Source: a virus
DNA length: 64,000 bases
Reading direction: 5' to 3' (one strand)
IMG/VR virus record: IMGVR_UViG_3300047160_020099
Span: 64,001 to 128,000 of that record
Position numbers and translations under genes: made by a program. This document shows, one piece after another, positions 29,860 to 39,234 of this stretch. The number at the start of each line of letters is the position of its first letter. The stretch's first letter is position 1. The notes below the pieces were generated by a model. The model was not told the origin of the DNA, searched no databases, and was given only the letters and a program-made list of their open reading frames with translations.

Positions 29860-30216
29860 ATGTCACCCGAAGCAAAACGCAAGATGATCTTCGAGAAGGT
29901 GCTGGCCACGCTGAAACGAGCAACGGACGGCGTGCTGGAAGACTATGCCGAGGTTGAGTCGGTAGCCGTGGTGGTTACCTGGAAGGGCGGACTCAGGGAG
30001 TTGCCCATCGGCTTTCTGATGGGACCAGCCGGCCCGCTCTCCGAAGCAGAGCTGGCAAGAACGATCGAACAACTGGCCAGGATGCTCGGCTTTGCCACGG
30101 CACAGGCTGAGAAGCTGGCCATAACGAGAGTGCAACACCATGCGCAGCAAGGCAACCCCACGAACGGAGACCAGGGTCCAAAGACAGATACGCAAGGTAA
30201 CAGGGAGGACGAGTAA
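29860..30216 (+). CDS. hypothetical protein
   Basis: GGAGAGG RBS. Confidence 0.6.
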   Translation: MSPEAKRKMIFEKVLATLKRATDGVLEDYAEVESVAVVVTWKGGLRELPIGFLMGPAGPLSEAELARTIEQLARMLGFATAQAEKLAITRVQHHAQQGNPTNGDQGPKTDTQGNREDE

Positions 30217-30802
30217 GCTTGGTCCTCTTGTCATGGCACCCGTCGGCCAGGTGCTGGGCGAGCTCGGCGTTGCACCAGACGGCTGGGACGCCCTGTTGGT
30301 TGGCGACGGGTCTGGCATCTCGTGGGACCGCGGCTGTGGCTGGGCGACAGTTCTCATTGACCATTACACCAACCTCCGTAAGGATTTTCGCGGCGCCATG
30401 ATGCCGGGAACCGTGTACCTGAGCGAGCTCCTGGCATATTTCCACGCCCTTTTGTGGTACATTCGCGGCCCCGGCAAGATAAGGTTGCGTTCACTCCTCC
30501 ACAACAAACCTGGCGAGCGGGTGAAGGTCCATATCATCACGGACAACGAGAGCGTCGCTCTTCAGGGCCGCGGCGAGTACTCTCGCAAGATGAGTGAAGA
30601 AGTCTGGGCCGGCATGGATGCGATAGCCATGAAGGGCTACGAGCTACACTGGCACTGGATGCGACGGGACAGTCTCGGCCTCAATCAACTGGTCGATCAT
30701 CTGTCCAGGGAATCCCGGATAGCAGTTGAAGGTGTGAAGCTACCGCAGAATACTTCCATCTACGATTTCAACCGAAATGGAGAGACCGATGACAAATCTT
30801 GA
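30140..30802 (+). CDS. ribonuclease H (type I)-like protein
   Basis: GDGSG, SELLA, IITDNE, W.W.RR..N..VD: D-E-D-D catalytic set; start may be 30233. Confidence 0.75.
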   Translation: MRSKATPRTETRVQRQIRKVTGRTSKLGPLVMAPVGQVLGELGVAPDGWDALLVGDGSGISWDRGCGWATVLIDHYTNLRKDFRGAMMPGTVYLSELLAYFHALLWYIRGPGKIRLRSLLHNKPGERVKVHIITDNESVALQGRGEYSRKMSEEVWAGMDAIAMKGYELHWHWMRRDSLGLNQLVDHLSRESRIAVEGVKLPQNTSIYDFNRNGETDDKS

Positions 30803-30986
30803 CCATCTGTATCAGGGCGTCAGAATGAGCGGCGACAAGAAAGTCGAGGAACAGTGGGACAGACTTAGTGGTGCTTTGTATGATCTTGATCGCCAGCACC
30901 CCGACCCTGTTACCGGCGAATTTGTTCAAGTGCGTGCCGAGATGTTGAATGAACTTCTACACGCGTATCGCGATATGACTGCCTGA
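30789..30986 (+). CDS. hypothetical protein
   Basis: GGAG RBS, overlap with previous. Confidence 0.5.
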   Translation: MTNLDHLYQGVRMSGDKKVEEQWDRLSGALYDLDRQHPDPVTGEFVQVRAEMLNELLHAYRDMTA

Positions 30987-31008
30987 TTTCCCGGCATTTT
31001 TTGTCAGC

Positions 31009-31037
31009 TTGCCTGCTGAAGCCTCGACACATAGAAT
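31009..31037 (+). promoter_or_regulatory. sigma70-like promoter of nrdJ
   Basis: TTGCCT-17 nt-TAGAAT upstream of AGGAG RBS. Confidence 0.6.
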
Positions 31038-31099
31038 CGGGGTTCCGGCCAGTTTTCAGTTCGTCACCGGCGTCGAAGCCGGTTTCAGGAGAATACGTT

Positions 31100-33385
31100 A
31101 TGTCGGCTACTCTTGTTGAAGGGCGTGGAACCACGCGCAACGGTACCGGGCGACATCTCGACACGATTGCCAAGCGGGACGGGCGACAGGTGCCCTTCGA
31201 TCAGCAGAAAATCTTCGCGGCAGTGAAGCGATGTTTCGTCAATGGGACGCACACATCGGAGGATACGGCCCAGAACCTTGCCACGCAGGTCTCGACGGCC
31301 GCCATCAACGTTCTCAAGCATCACGGCGAACCTGTCTCTGTCGAGCATGTGCAGCGGGTGGTGATTCAGCAGCTGTGGGCACAGGGTCATTTCGAAGCGG
31401 CCGAGCACTACCAGAACTATCGGGAAGAGCGACGTCGTGCTCGTGAAAGACGACAGGCGATAGATCCCGCTGATACAAGACGAATCACCGAAGATGCTAA
31501 ACATTTCCCAACGCCTATCCAGTATTTCCAGTTCCTGGATAAGTACGCACGCTGGAATGAAGTTAAGGGACGTAGGGAAACTTGGCGTGAATGCTGTGAC
31601 AGGGTGTTCACCTTTTTACGCAGTCGTCCGGTTCTTAACAAAGTGCCGGAAGAAACCTGGGCCATGCTGGATTCTGCTGTGTATGGCTTACAGGTCAGTC
31701 CAGCCATGCGCATTGTGCAGATGGCTGGCCCGGCATTGGAGAGATGTAACTCTGGTGCGTTCAATTGTTGTTACACCGCTTGTGATGATCTGATTGTCTT
31801 CCCCGAAGTCCTATATCTGCTCATGCAGGGCTGTGGTGTCGGTTTCTCCGTGGAGAGCCATTACGTTGATCAGTTGCCTCGCATTAAGAAGCAGAAAGGG
31901 TCATCAGCACGGACACTCCGTATTGATGATTCGACAGAAGGATGGTGTCACGCCTACCGCGAAGGCATTCTGGCTTGGGCGAATGGCGACGATGTCGTCT
32001 TTGACTATTCGCAGATTCGACCCGAAGGAACCAGACTAAGCATTAAAGGGGGCTATGCCAGTGGTGCTCAACCTCTGCAACAATTGCTTGACTTCACGCG
32101 TGATATCTTCTTACGGCGACAAGGTAGCTGGCTACGCACTAGAGACTGCCACGATATCCTGTGCATGACAGGTAAGATTGTCCAGGTCGGTGGTGTTCGA
32201 CGAGCTAGCGAGATCAGCCTATCTGACCTGGACGATACGGTCATGCGTGATGCTAAGAGTGGTAACTGGTGGGACACCAGCCCGTGGCTTGATATGGCAA
32301 ATAACTCGGCCGTGTACCAGGAAAAACCAGATGCTGTGACTTTCATGACAGAGTGGCTGGCCTTGGCAAAATCTGGTTCTGGTGAGCGAGGTATTTTCAA
32401 CCGTCACGGACTAAGTCGGCAAATTCCAAAGCGGAGGAAGAAGGTCCGTTTTGGTATCAATCCCTGTGGCGAGGTGATATTACGCTCTTGTCAGATGTGT
32501 AATCTCTCCATTGTTGTTGCCAGACCAAACGATACACCTGAAACGCTCAGCAAGAAGGTAGAACTGGCTGCCATTCTTGGTACACTGCAATCGACGCTGA
32601 CTCAGTTCAGTCCGTTCCTACGCGATATCTGGCGACAGAATTGTGACGAAGAACGGCTACTCGGGGTGGATATAACAGGACAGATGGATTGTCCCCTGCT
32701 GCGGCCAGGAGTATCCGGTCGCGAAGAATTGCTGAAGTCACTGGGTAGCGTGGTACTCCGAACCAATGAGACATGGGCTGCGCTGTTGGGTATACCAGTT
32801 TCTGCAGCAACTACCGTTGTCAAACCATCTGGCAATAGCGCCTTGTTCTTTGGTTGCAGCTCGGGAATGCACTCCCGGTGGAGTAAACGTCAATTACGGC
32901 GTGTTCGCATCAATCGTTACAGCCCTATGGCAGCCTTGCTTCGTGATGAAGGTGTACCATACGCCACCGATCCATTCAACGAGACCTTACTGGTCTTTGA
33001 TTTCTTGATGGAAGCACCGCCTGGTACACTCACTCGTAACGATATGACGGCCATCGAGCAGTTCCGTAACTGGTTGGTCTGGAAAGAGAACTGGACTGAG
33101 CACAATCCGAGCGCAACAGTCTATGTTGGGCCTGATGAATGGCTGGAGCTCGGTGCCGAAGTCTATAAGCACTTCGATATGATTGGTGGGCTGACATTTC
33201 TGCCAAAGGATGGGGGCACTTACCAGCTACCACCGAACGAAGAGCTTACGGAAGACGATTATGCTACCCGTCGTAACGTCTTTCCGAATATTCACTGGGA
33301 GAAGCTCTCTTACTACGAAGAGAGGGACATGACTACTCCTTTGGCCGAGATCGCCTGTGCTGGCGGCCGTTGTGAGCTGAGCTAA
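31100..33385 (+). CDS. nrdJ: class II (B12-dependent) ribonucleotide reductase with N-terminal ATP cone
   Basis: KRDGRQVPFD..KI ATP cone; AFNC, G.GVGFS, GGVRRA, GINPCGE, CNL, KPSGN, C-terminal CAGGRC. Confidence 0.92.
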   Translation: MSATLVEGRGTTRNGTGRHLDTIAKRDGRQVPFDQQKIFAAVKRCFVNGTHTSEDTAQNLATQVSTAAINVLKHHGEPVSVEHVQRVVIQQLWAQGHFEAAEHYQNYREERRRARERRQAIDPADTRRITEDAKHFPTPIQYFQFLDKYARWNEVKGRRETWRECCDRVFTFLRSRPVLNKVPEETWAMLDSAVYGLQVSPAMRIVQMAGPALERCNSGAFNCCYTACDDLIVFPEVLYLLMQGCGVGFSVESHYVDQLPRIKKQKGSSARTLRIDDSTEGWCHAYREGILAWANGDDVVFDYSQIRPEGTRLSIKGGYASGAQPLQQLLDFTRDIFLRRQGSWLRTRDCHDILCMTGKIVQVGGVRRASEISLSDLDDTVMRDAKSGNWWDTSPWLDMANNSAVYQEKPDAVTFMTEWLALAKSGSGERGIFNRHGLSRQIPKRRKKVRFGINPCGEVILRSCQMCNLSIVVARPNDTPETLSKKVELAAILGTLQSTLTQFSPFLRDIWRQNCDEERLLGVDITGQMDCPLLRPGVSGREELLKSLGSVVLRTNETWAALLGIPVSAATTVVKPSGNSALFFGCSSGMHSRWSKRQLRRVRINRYSPMAALLRDEGVPYATDPFNETLLVFDFLMEAPPGTLTRNDMTAIEQFRNWLVWKENWTEHNPSATVYVGPDEWLELGAEVYKHFDMIGGLTFLPKDGGTYQLPPNEELTEDDYATRRNVFPNIHWEKLSYYEERDMTTPLAEIACAGGRCELS

Positions 33386-33818
33386 ATCGCCATCTAGGCT
33401 TGAGTCGCCGCATGGCCCAGTACATCTTTTCTCGTTGGGCCAGTAAAACACGTGGAACACACTGGCCGCCTCTTGGTGACAATGGCAGAGCTGCAAACTT
33501 TAAGCCCAGATCGGCTTCTACAGCTTTAGTCACAAGATATGGGCGTAGCTGACGCAGGATAGCAGCGGTTTGAAGCTGCTGACACATCCAGGTATAGCTG
33601 GCGTTTGTTTGTGGTCCTCGCGGTGCGTGTTTCTGAACCGTCCCTTGTCCTGTTAGAGTATGTAATCGCTGCACGGTGGGTAGATGTCCCATTGTTACTC
33701 GCAACACAAGGCGGTAAACCGGGCTACGGCAAGTGGGTACGCTTTGCAGTTTACTGATGTGTATGCAACCCTCGCCATCAACGATACCTGCCACCCAGCC
33801 AAGCTCTATGTCAGTCAT
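33333..33818 (-). CDS. free-standing LAGLIDADG homing endonuclease
   Basis: WVAGIVDGEGCI; LRPYLVTK; AGGAG RBS. Confidence 0.85.
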   Translation of the reverse strand: MTDIELGWVAGIVDGEGCIHISKLQSVPTCRSPVYRLVLRVTMGHLPTVQRLHTLTGQGTVQKHAPRGPQTNASYTWMCQQLQTAAILRQLRPYLVTKAVEADLGLKFAALPLSPRGGQCVPRVLLAQREKMYWAMRRLKPRWRFSSAHNGRQHRRSRPKE

Positions 33819-33938
33819 GTGAAGCTCCTATACTACACAACAATAGTAGTATAGCATATGCTCGGTTTCATCATCTCGCGACGCCGCGGTCGGCAGGACG
33901 TTCCTGTCGGACCGCGGTTTTGTTTGGAGGCATATAAC

Positions 33939-34562
33939 GTGAGTAACATCAAGCACCTCGTCATCCGGAACATCACGGTTCGGAAGGTCGAATACGAGGT
34001 CACGGTTTCGGCGACGGGCCAGTTCTCCACCACTTGCAACGGACGGCAGTACACTGCCAACTCGCTTGCCAAGCTGCGGCAGAAGGTGGTGGAGGCCACG
34101 AAGCGCGGTCCAACTCGTATCGACGTGCCGTTCTCCCGCGTTGAGACGAACGGTACGGTGAGGCACGGCAGCGTGATCAGCCGGAACTCGTGGACCCGGG
34201 TGCTGACGGTCCGGTGGGAGGACACCGGCAAGACGGAGCAGATCCACGCCAACAACCTGAACGCCGTGTGCCGACTCGATGACGACAAGGGCGAGCAGCT
34301 GAAGAATCTGATTCTCGGCGTGCAGGAGGCCCAGCGCCGGCTCAGCGTGTACTGGGCTGAGCTGAACGTGAGTGTCGAGCAACGGGTGCAGGAGGCCGTG
34401 GACGCTGCCACGGTGAAGAAGGAGCCCAAGAAGGAAGAGAAGGAGGTGGAGCCGAGTAAAGCACCAACGAGCGAAGGGTCTGGTGACCCTGTGCCTGAGC
34501 CTCACCTTGAGGAAGTCGGACTTCCAGGAAGCGAAGTCGCAGCTACTGGACCTTATGCCTGA
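33939..34562 (+). CDS. hypothetical protein
   Basis: GGAGG RBS, GTG start, strongly GC3-biased codons; hairpin in 5' UTR. Confidence 0.7.
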   Translation: MSNIKHLVIRNITVRKVEYEVTVSATGQFSTTCNGRQYTANSLAKLRQKVVEATKRGPTRIDVPFSRVETNGTVRHGSVISRNSWTRVLTVRWEDTGKTEQIHANNLNAVCRLDDDKGEQLKNLILGVQEAQRRLSVYWAELNVSVEQRVQEAVDAATVKKEPKKEEKEVEPSKAPTSEGSGDPVPEPHLEEVGLPGSEVAATGPYA

Positions 34563-34680
34563 GCTGCCGGAGGCCATCTACGACATCGCTCAGATGCTGG
34601 CAGGGCAAAGTGACAAGGAGTCCTTTCACCAAATCTACTGTGACGCTACGAAGGAGTGATGGCGTACAGCGGTAACCAAG

Positions 34681-34712
34681 GACGCGGTGGTTACGACCAC
34701 CGCGTCTTCTTT
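34681..34712 (+). terminator. intrinsic terminator
   Basis: GACGCGGTGGT-TACG-ACCACCGCGTC-TTCTTT. Confidence 0.75.
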
Positions 34713-34726
34713 ACTCAGGAGGATCC

Positions 34727-34963
34727 ATGGCGCCTTACACCAAGACGCACAAGAAAAATGCGATGCCAGACGGTGACGATGGTTGGTTGGTGACCGAAGC
34801 CGATGGCACGGTTCTGGCAGTATGTTTGACAGAAACCATTGCTGAGATAGTTATGTGGGGCTTGTTGACTGGGCCGGAAGAAGTGCCCAATTACGAGGCC
34901 GACAAGCCATATGGCGAACCTGAAGAGACCCAAGAGGATACCAATGAAGAAGAAGACAGCTAA
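34727..34963 (+). CDS. hypothetical protein
   Basis: AGGAGG RBS. Confidence 0.6.
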   Translation: MAPYTKTHKKNAMPDGDDGWLVTEADGTVLAVCLTETIAEIVMWGLLTGPEEVPNYEADKPYGEPEETQEDTNEEEDS

Positions 34964-35513
34964 CACAGCGCTACCGCCACGCCTCAAGAAGCCGCTCACA
35001 CCCAAGAAGCTACGGGCCTTGTGTGATGAAGAGAACCATATCACAGTTGTGATTGCCGTCGAACTGGGCGAGCTGGCCTGCTGTTCCAGAGATGGCACGT
35101 ATGAAGGGCTCAATGAGATTGCTGACGAGCAGATATGTGACGACCGCTTCTGTCTGCTGGACTTGTCTTATAGGCCTGTTGGTGTCGAAGGAGACAAGGT
35201 CCTGATCGAGGTCAGTGCCGATGCGAGTGACGCACTGGGAGACATGGAAGATGATTCGGCCGAGTGGTGCGACGAAGCTACTCTGTTAGCGGCGGAACAT
35301 TCGTGTGGCCGATTGGTGTCAGCAACCGAGCTCAAAGACGCTGTGGCGCAGTATGCCATCTTCTCTACCCGCGAGCTGAACAAATTGCTCAAGGACAAGG
35401 AAAGGACCTTCGAGGACAACGGCGGCCGTGGCGTGGAGCTGGCTGACGATATCGACTCCATGCGGATGGCACTAGCCGTACGACGTGTGAAGAAAGAGAA
35501 GACGAAGGGCTAA
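34944..35513 (+). CDS. hypothetical protein
   Basis: GAGGA RBS. Confidence 0.65.
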   Translation: MKKKTANTALPPRLKKPLTPKKLRALCDEENHITVVIAVELGELACCSRDGTYEGLNEIADEQICDDRFCLLDLSYRPVGVEGDKVLIEVSADASDALGDMEDDSAEWCDEATLLAAEHSCGRLVSATELKDAVAQYAIFSTRELNKLLKDKERTFEDNGGRGVELADDIDSMRMALAVRRVKKEKTKG

Positions 35514-35515
35514 GC

Positions 35516-35752
35516 ATGCCAAAATACCTCGTCACTCTCGAAGCCCGCGTCACATATGACAGCACCGCACAGATTGAGATTGATGCTGACGATCTCGAAG
35601 ATGCCACGGCTTACGCCCAGTCTCTCATCAGTGGCAACAACCATCTCGACGTGAAATGGGAGCGACTCGACGAGCCCCACCATGACGCCAGCATTGTCAG
35701 TGTCGAGCGGGTAGGCAAACCCGCAAGATCAAGGCGACCCAGAACAAGCTAA
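35516..35752 (+). CDS. hypothetical protein
   Basis: Packed ORF, V.IEIDADD.EDA motif common in small phage proteins. Confidence 0.6.
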   Translation: MPKYLVTLEARVTYDSTAQIEIDADDLEDATAYAQSLISGNNHLDVKWERLDEPHHDASIVSVERVGKPARSRRPRTS

Positions 35753-35813
35753 GCCAACTTTGGCGTCGTCCTGACTGCTCTGTTTGAAGTGTTAGCCGTA
35801 AGGATGCCCACCG

Positions 35814-36560
35814 ATGGGCCAATATGCTTACCCCGATTTTCGCCTTCCTGACGTCTTCAGCAAGGGCAATACCAAGCTGGGTAGAGACGTCCTGACGTTT
35901 TCGCTTCCGGTGATAACCACGTGTCCCGGCAGCTCTTCCGTCTGTCGTGATCTCTGCTATGCCGACCGTGCCCAGAGCCGGTTCAGCACGCCCGCGGTCA
36001 GACGGTGTTACGAAGAGAACCTTGAACTCTCGAAGCGAGACGACTTTCATCTAATCGTCACAGACCTGCTATCGAGGCCGCGCCGTGACAACATCATGGT
36101 GCGTCTGCACGTCTCTGGCGATTACTATGACGAAGCCTACGCCCGAAAATGGCTCTATGTTGTCGGGCACAGCCCGCGTATCACGTTCTGGTGCTATACC
36201 CGCTCCTGGCGGGTCCCAGCCATCCGACCTGTACTTGAGGAACTCGGCGGTATGCCGAACATGAGTCTGTGGTACTCATGTGACAAGGAAACCGGCCGGC
36301 CGGTCGATTTCCATCCAGCAATCAGGCTGGCTTACATGCGGATCGCCGAGAGCGACAAGCCAGCCTACACACCCGACCTGTACTTTCGCGAACACGCCAT
36401 CCGCAAAACAGTCGAGAAGCACGTGGGCGGCACCCTGGTGTGTCCGCCCGAGAATGGCGTGAGCCACAGCGTACGCTGCACAAGCTGCCGAATCTGTGTC
36501 GTTCGTTCGGATGATACAGCCAAGCGGACGAAGGATCGGTTTCCGCTGGAAGTATTGTAA
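35814..36560 (+). CDS. GP88-family (radical-SAM-like) protein
   Basis: GNTKLG..FSLP..TCPG...C..CYA; RLHVSGDYY; FWCYTRSW; C-terminal CP..C..C..C. Confidence 0.8.
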   Translation: MGQYAYPDFRLPDVFSKGNTKLGRDVLTFSLPVITTCPGSSSVCRDLCYADRAQSRFSTPAVRRCYEENLELSKRDDFHLIVTDLLSRPRRDNIMVRLHVSGDYYDEAYARKWLYVVGHSPRITFWCYTRSWRVPAIRPVLEELGGMPNMSLWYSCDKETGRPVDFHPAIRLAYMRIAESDKPAYTPDLYFREHAIRKTVEKHVGGTLVCPPENGVSHSVRCTSCRICVVRSDDTAKRTKDRFPLEVL

Positions 36561-36564
36561 TACT
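36551..36564. promoter_or_regulatory. perfect copy of dispersed palindrome AGTATT-NN-AATACT upstream of dcd
   Basis: AGTATTGTAATACT overlapping the GP88 stop codon. Confidence 0.75.
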
Positions 36565-36611
36565 CAACAACCTGGTGGCACGGAAGCCGCCAGGTCTGGA
36601 AGGAGAAACAA

Positions 36612-37307
36612 ATGAGCGATCATCAGGACCTTGACTGTTTGTTGCCCAGAGAGCAGGTTGGCAGCGAAGCCTGGCGGCGTCGCTATCAATTTGCAGGCGG
36701 AGGGGTCCTTCCGGACTGGCTGATCCGGAAGCTCATCAAGATCGAGCCGTTCGCTGAGGCTTATAACGATTGCGTCGTCTCGTACGGCCTTGGTCACTAC
36801 GGTTACGACATGCGTATTGGCTACGACTTCCGTGTCTTCACGCCGGTACACGGTGTCGTGGTTGATCCTGCCAATCTTGACGAGAGAGCTTTCGTTCATT
36901 TCGACGCCTTGCAACGAAAAGATGAACGACAGCGACCGTATTGCTTGGTACCGCCCAATAGCTTTGCGCTTGGAGTCAGCGTCGAGGACTTCACTATTCC
37001 TCGGGACGTACTTGGTGTGTGCCTGGGGAAATCGACCTACGCGCGTTGCGGTGTGGTAGTGAACGTTACCCCGCTGGAGCCGGAGTGGCACGGCAAGGTG
37101 ACCGTCGAGATCAGCAATACCTCTCCGCTCCCAGCCAAAATCTATGCCAGCCAGGGCATTGCACAGGTTCTCTTCATCAAGGCACTTCGTACGTGCGACA
37201 TCAGCTACGCTGACAAGAAGGGCAAGTACCAGGGCCAGACTTGTTTGACCTTGCCAAGAGGAGGGGGCTATGACCGCACGCAAGAAAGGCAAACGCAGCA
37301 TTCGTGA
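36612..37307 (+). CDS. dcd: dCTP deaminase
   Basis: SYGL..YGYD.R; GKSTYARCG; VTPLEPEW.G; GIAQ; Y...GKYQGQ. Confidence 0.92.
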   Translation: MSDHQDLDCLLPREQVGSEAWRRRYQFAGGGVLPDWLIRKLIKIEPFAEAYNDCVVSYGLGHYGYDMRIGYDFRVFTPVHGVVVDPANLDERAFVHFDALQRKDERQRPYCLVPPNSFALGVSVEDFTIPRDVLGVCLGKSTYARCGVVVNVTPLEPEWHGKVTVEISNTSPLPAKIYASQGIAQVLFIKALRTCDISYADKKGKYQGQTCLTLPRGGGYDRTQERQTQHS

Positions 37308-37542
37308 CCGGCTGGCTGCGCTGGTCGAGTACGAAATCGGTCTGTTCCCCGAAGACTTCACCGAGAGTGACCCTCTTGGCAGTTGGCTGGCAGACGACGA
37401 GATGCTCCAGTCCGACCTGGGCGAAAACATAGCCGACGAGTTCGGACTGGAGCTTGCGGTAGATGAGCCAATCTTCCACAAAAAGGATCTCACCTTCGAG
37501 GAACTGTTGGCATGGGTAACGCAGAAGTTGAAGCCGCACTGA
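37270..37542 (+). CDS. acyl-carrier-protein-like protein lacking the DSL serine
   Basis: Acidic 90 aa; ADEFGLEL and T.EELL.WV match the ACP pattern. Confidence 0.55.
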   Translation: MTARKKGKRSIRDRLAALVEYEIGLFPEDFTESDPLGSWLADDEMLQSDLGENIADEFGLELAVDEPIFHKKDLTFEELLAWVTQKLKPH

Positions 37543-38249
37543 GTATCAATGAAGATCCTCGCGATACCGGCCACATCATCAGAGTGTTGCAGGTGCTTGG
37601 TTTGTGCGGCATAGACCTCGGCAAGGGCAAGGAATTCAGTGATGACGCACTGAACCTTTTTGATCAGGCAGCAAAGGAGTACCACTTGGCAGCAACCAAG
37701 AGTTACATACGGTTTGTCATGGAGGGCAAACCGTGGCACGAGGAAGTAACCTTGTGGCGTGATCAGGAGTCGGAACCGTCGAAGGTCGCCCCGCTCATCT
37801 TGGCAGCGTATGACAAGGCCTCTCACGAAGGCTCACCAAAAGGACTATGCCGGCCCATCCACTGTGCCTCATTTCTGGTCTCGTTGTCACCGGCAACTCT
37901 GTATTTCCACTCTCGGGATGTGGCATCGCCCGCCGCCGGGCCTACCAGGGAGCAGGCCATCGTGGAAGCCATCGGCTATCCGATGCGCCCTTCACACGCC
38001 CCGTTGTCGCCGGTCCTTGACTACTTCTACATCGTCTACTGCATCAACCTGGCTGAGATGAAGGACCAGGAACTTCGGGCACGCTGGGAGGCCGAGATCC
38101 TCGGTATGACGCCGGCCTACATGAAAGAGCCGAAGGTCCAGAACCTGGAGGTCATCTACCAGCGTCAGGACATCGCCGAACTGGCCAAGTATGTCACCCG
38201 GCTGGCAAACCTGCATGCTCTGGGCGGACAGCCGGAGAAGCCGTTTTGA
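37512..38249 (+). CDS. hypothetical protein
   Basis: 245 aa ORF, start uncertain. Confidence 0.55.
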   Translation: MGNAEVEAALSINEDPRDTGHIIRVLQVLGLCGIDLGKGKEFSDDALNLFDQAAKEYHLAATKSYIRFVMEGKPWHEEVTLWRDQESEPSKVAPLILAAYDKASHEGSPKGLCRPIHCASFLVSLSPATLYFHSRDVASPAAGPTREQAIVEAIGYPMRPSHAPLSPVLDYFYIVYCINLAEMKDQELRARWEAEILGMTPAYMKEPKVQNLEVIYQRQDIAELAKYVTRLANLHALGGQPEKPF

Positions 38250-39232
38250 GCAACAAGGTCAAGGTCGCCTTCAGACACCTGTGTCTCAACAGGAAGATGC
38301 ATCGTGTCTGGCTGATGACGAACGGCCAGCTGGTGTTCCCAGATCATCCGGACGGCATGAAGGAGCTGACTCGCTACCTGAATCTCACAGAATTGGGTGG
38401 TGAGCACTGTGCTTGTGCCGACATGTGGGACCTCTTTCGCCAAGGGGAAATAATGGCCTTGCCAAAAGTCCTGGCACGGGAGCGACAGCATCCTGGTCAT
38501 GGTTACTATCTTCACAACCTTCCATGGCGTATCCGGAGACGTTACAGCAAGCTTGTTCGTTGGCCTTTGTCTGAGCCAGCAGAACCTTTGCTTCCGGATA
38601 TTGACGAAAATGGCAAGCAGACGAAGCCTGACTTCTACAAGCGAGTAGTTTACGCTGTTGTAGTTGAACTGCGCAGACGAGGCCACCACGTCGTCGCGAA
38701 GGATAACTACACCACATTGCGTCTGTTGGGCAAAACCGACAAAGACGAAGTGACGTTGTTGCGTTTCACATACAGCGGTGGTGACGGCTTTTTCACCGTA
38801 CACGCCCTTGGCAATATTCTCAGTAGTAGCACGATTTGCGGACGGAACATAACTGCTGACGAGAGCAAGAACCCGCCGGTCACATTTCTGGTCGAGTGCG
38901 TCGAGAGGCTACTCATTGGCCTGTTGCTCCACAAAGCCATTCATCGAAATGAGGATAAGTGGGAAACGAGATGTGAGGCCTCCGTGCGCTTGGCCGAGAC
39001 CAATCACGGCGTGCCACATCTGACTATTGTGCCTACCGCTTCATATGCCACCGGCGGCTTCGATTTGAAACTCACCGACCTGACACCGCAAGCTATACGA
39101 CTGTGTGTAAGAGAGCTCAGTCGGCTCGGTGGTAAGTTAACCGCCATTCGGAAAGCTTCTGCGATCAGACTTGATAACCCGAACCGTTTCCCGGGCGTAC
39201 CTGGAAACGGCTTTGGGAAAGGCGAGGTATAG
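38246..39232 (+). CDS. hypothetical protein (N-terminal domain shared with 40802-41644)
   Basis: C...MH...GQL.F.DH...L..LGGE..C. Confidence 0.65.
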   Translation: MSNKVKVAFRHLCLNRKMHRVWLMTNGQLVFPDHPDGMKELTRYLNLTELGGEHCACADMWDLFRQGEIMALPKVLARERQHPGHGYYLHNLPWRIRRRYSKLVRWPLSEPAEPLLPDIDENGKQTKPDFYKRVVYAVVVELRRRGHHVVAKDNYTTLRLLGKTDKDEVTLLRFTYSGGDGFFTVHALGNILSSSTICGRNITADESKNPPVTFLVECVERLLIGLLLHKAIHRNEDKWETRCEASVRLAETNHGVPHLTIVPTASYATGGFDLKLTDLTPQAIRLCVRELSRLGGKLTAIRKASAIRLDNPNRFPGVPGNGFGKGEV

Positions 39233-39234
39233 AC

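Noticed and set aside
33829-33855. NrdR box near nrdJ
   Set aside because: The inverted repeat CTATACTAC..GTAGTATAG lies downstream of nrdJ and matches the NrdR consensus poorly; more likely a local hairpin or operator for the divergent genes.
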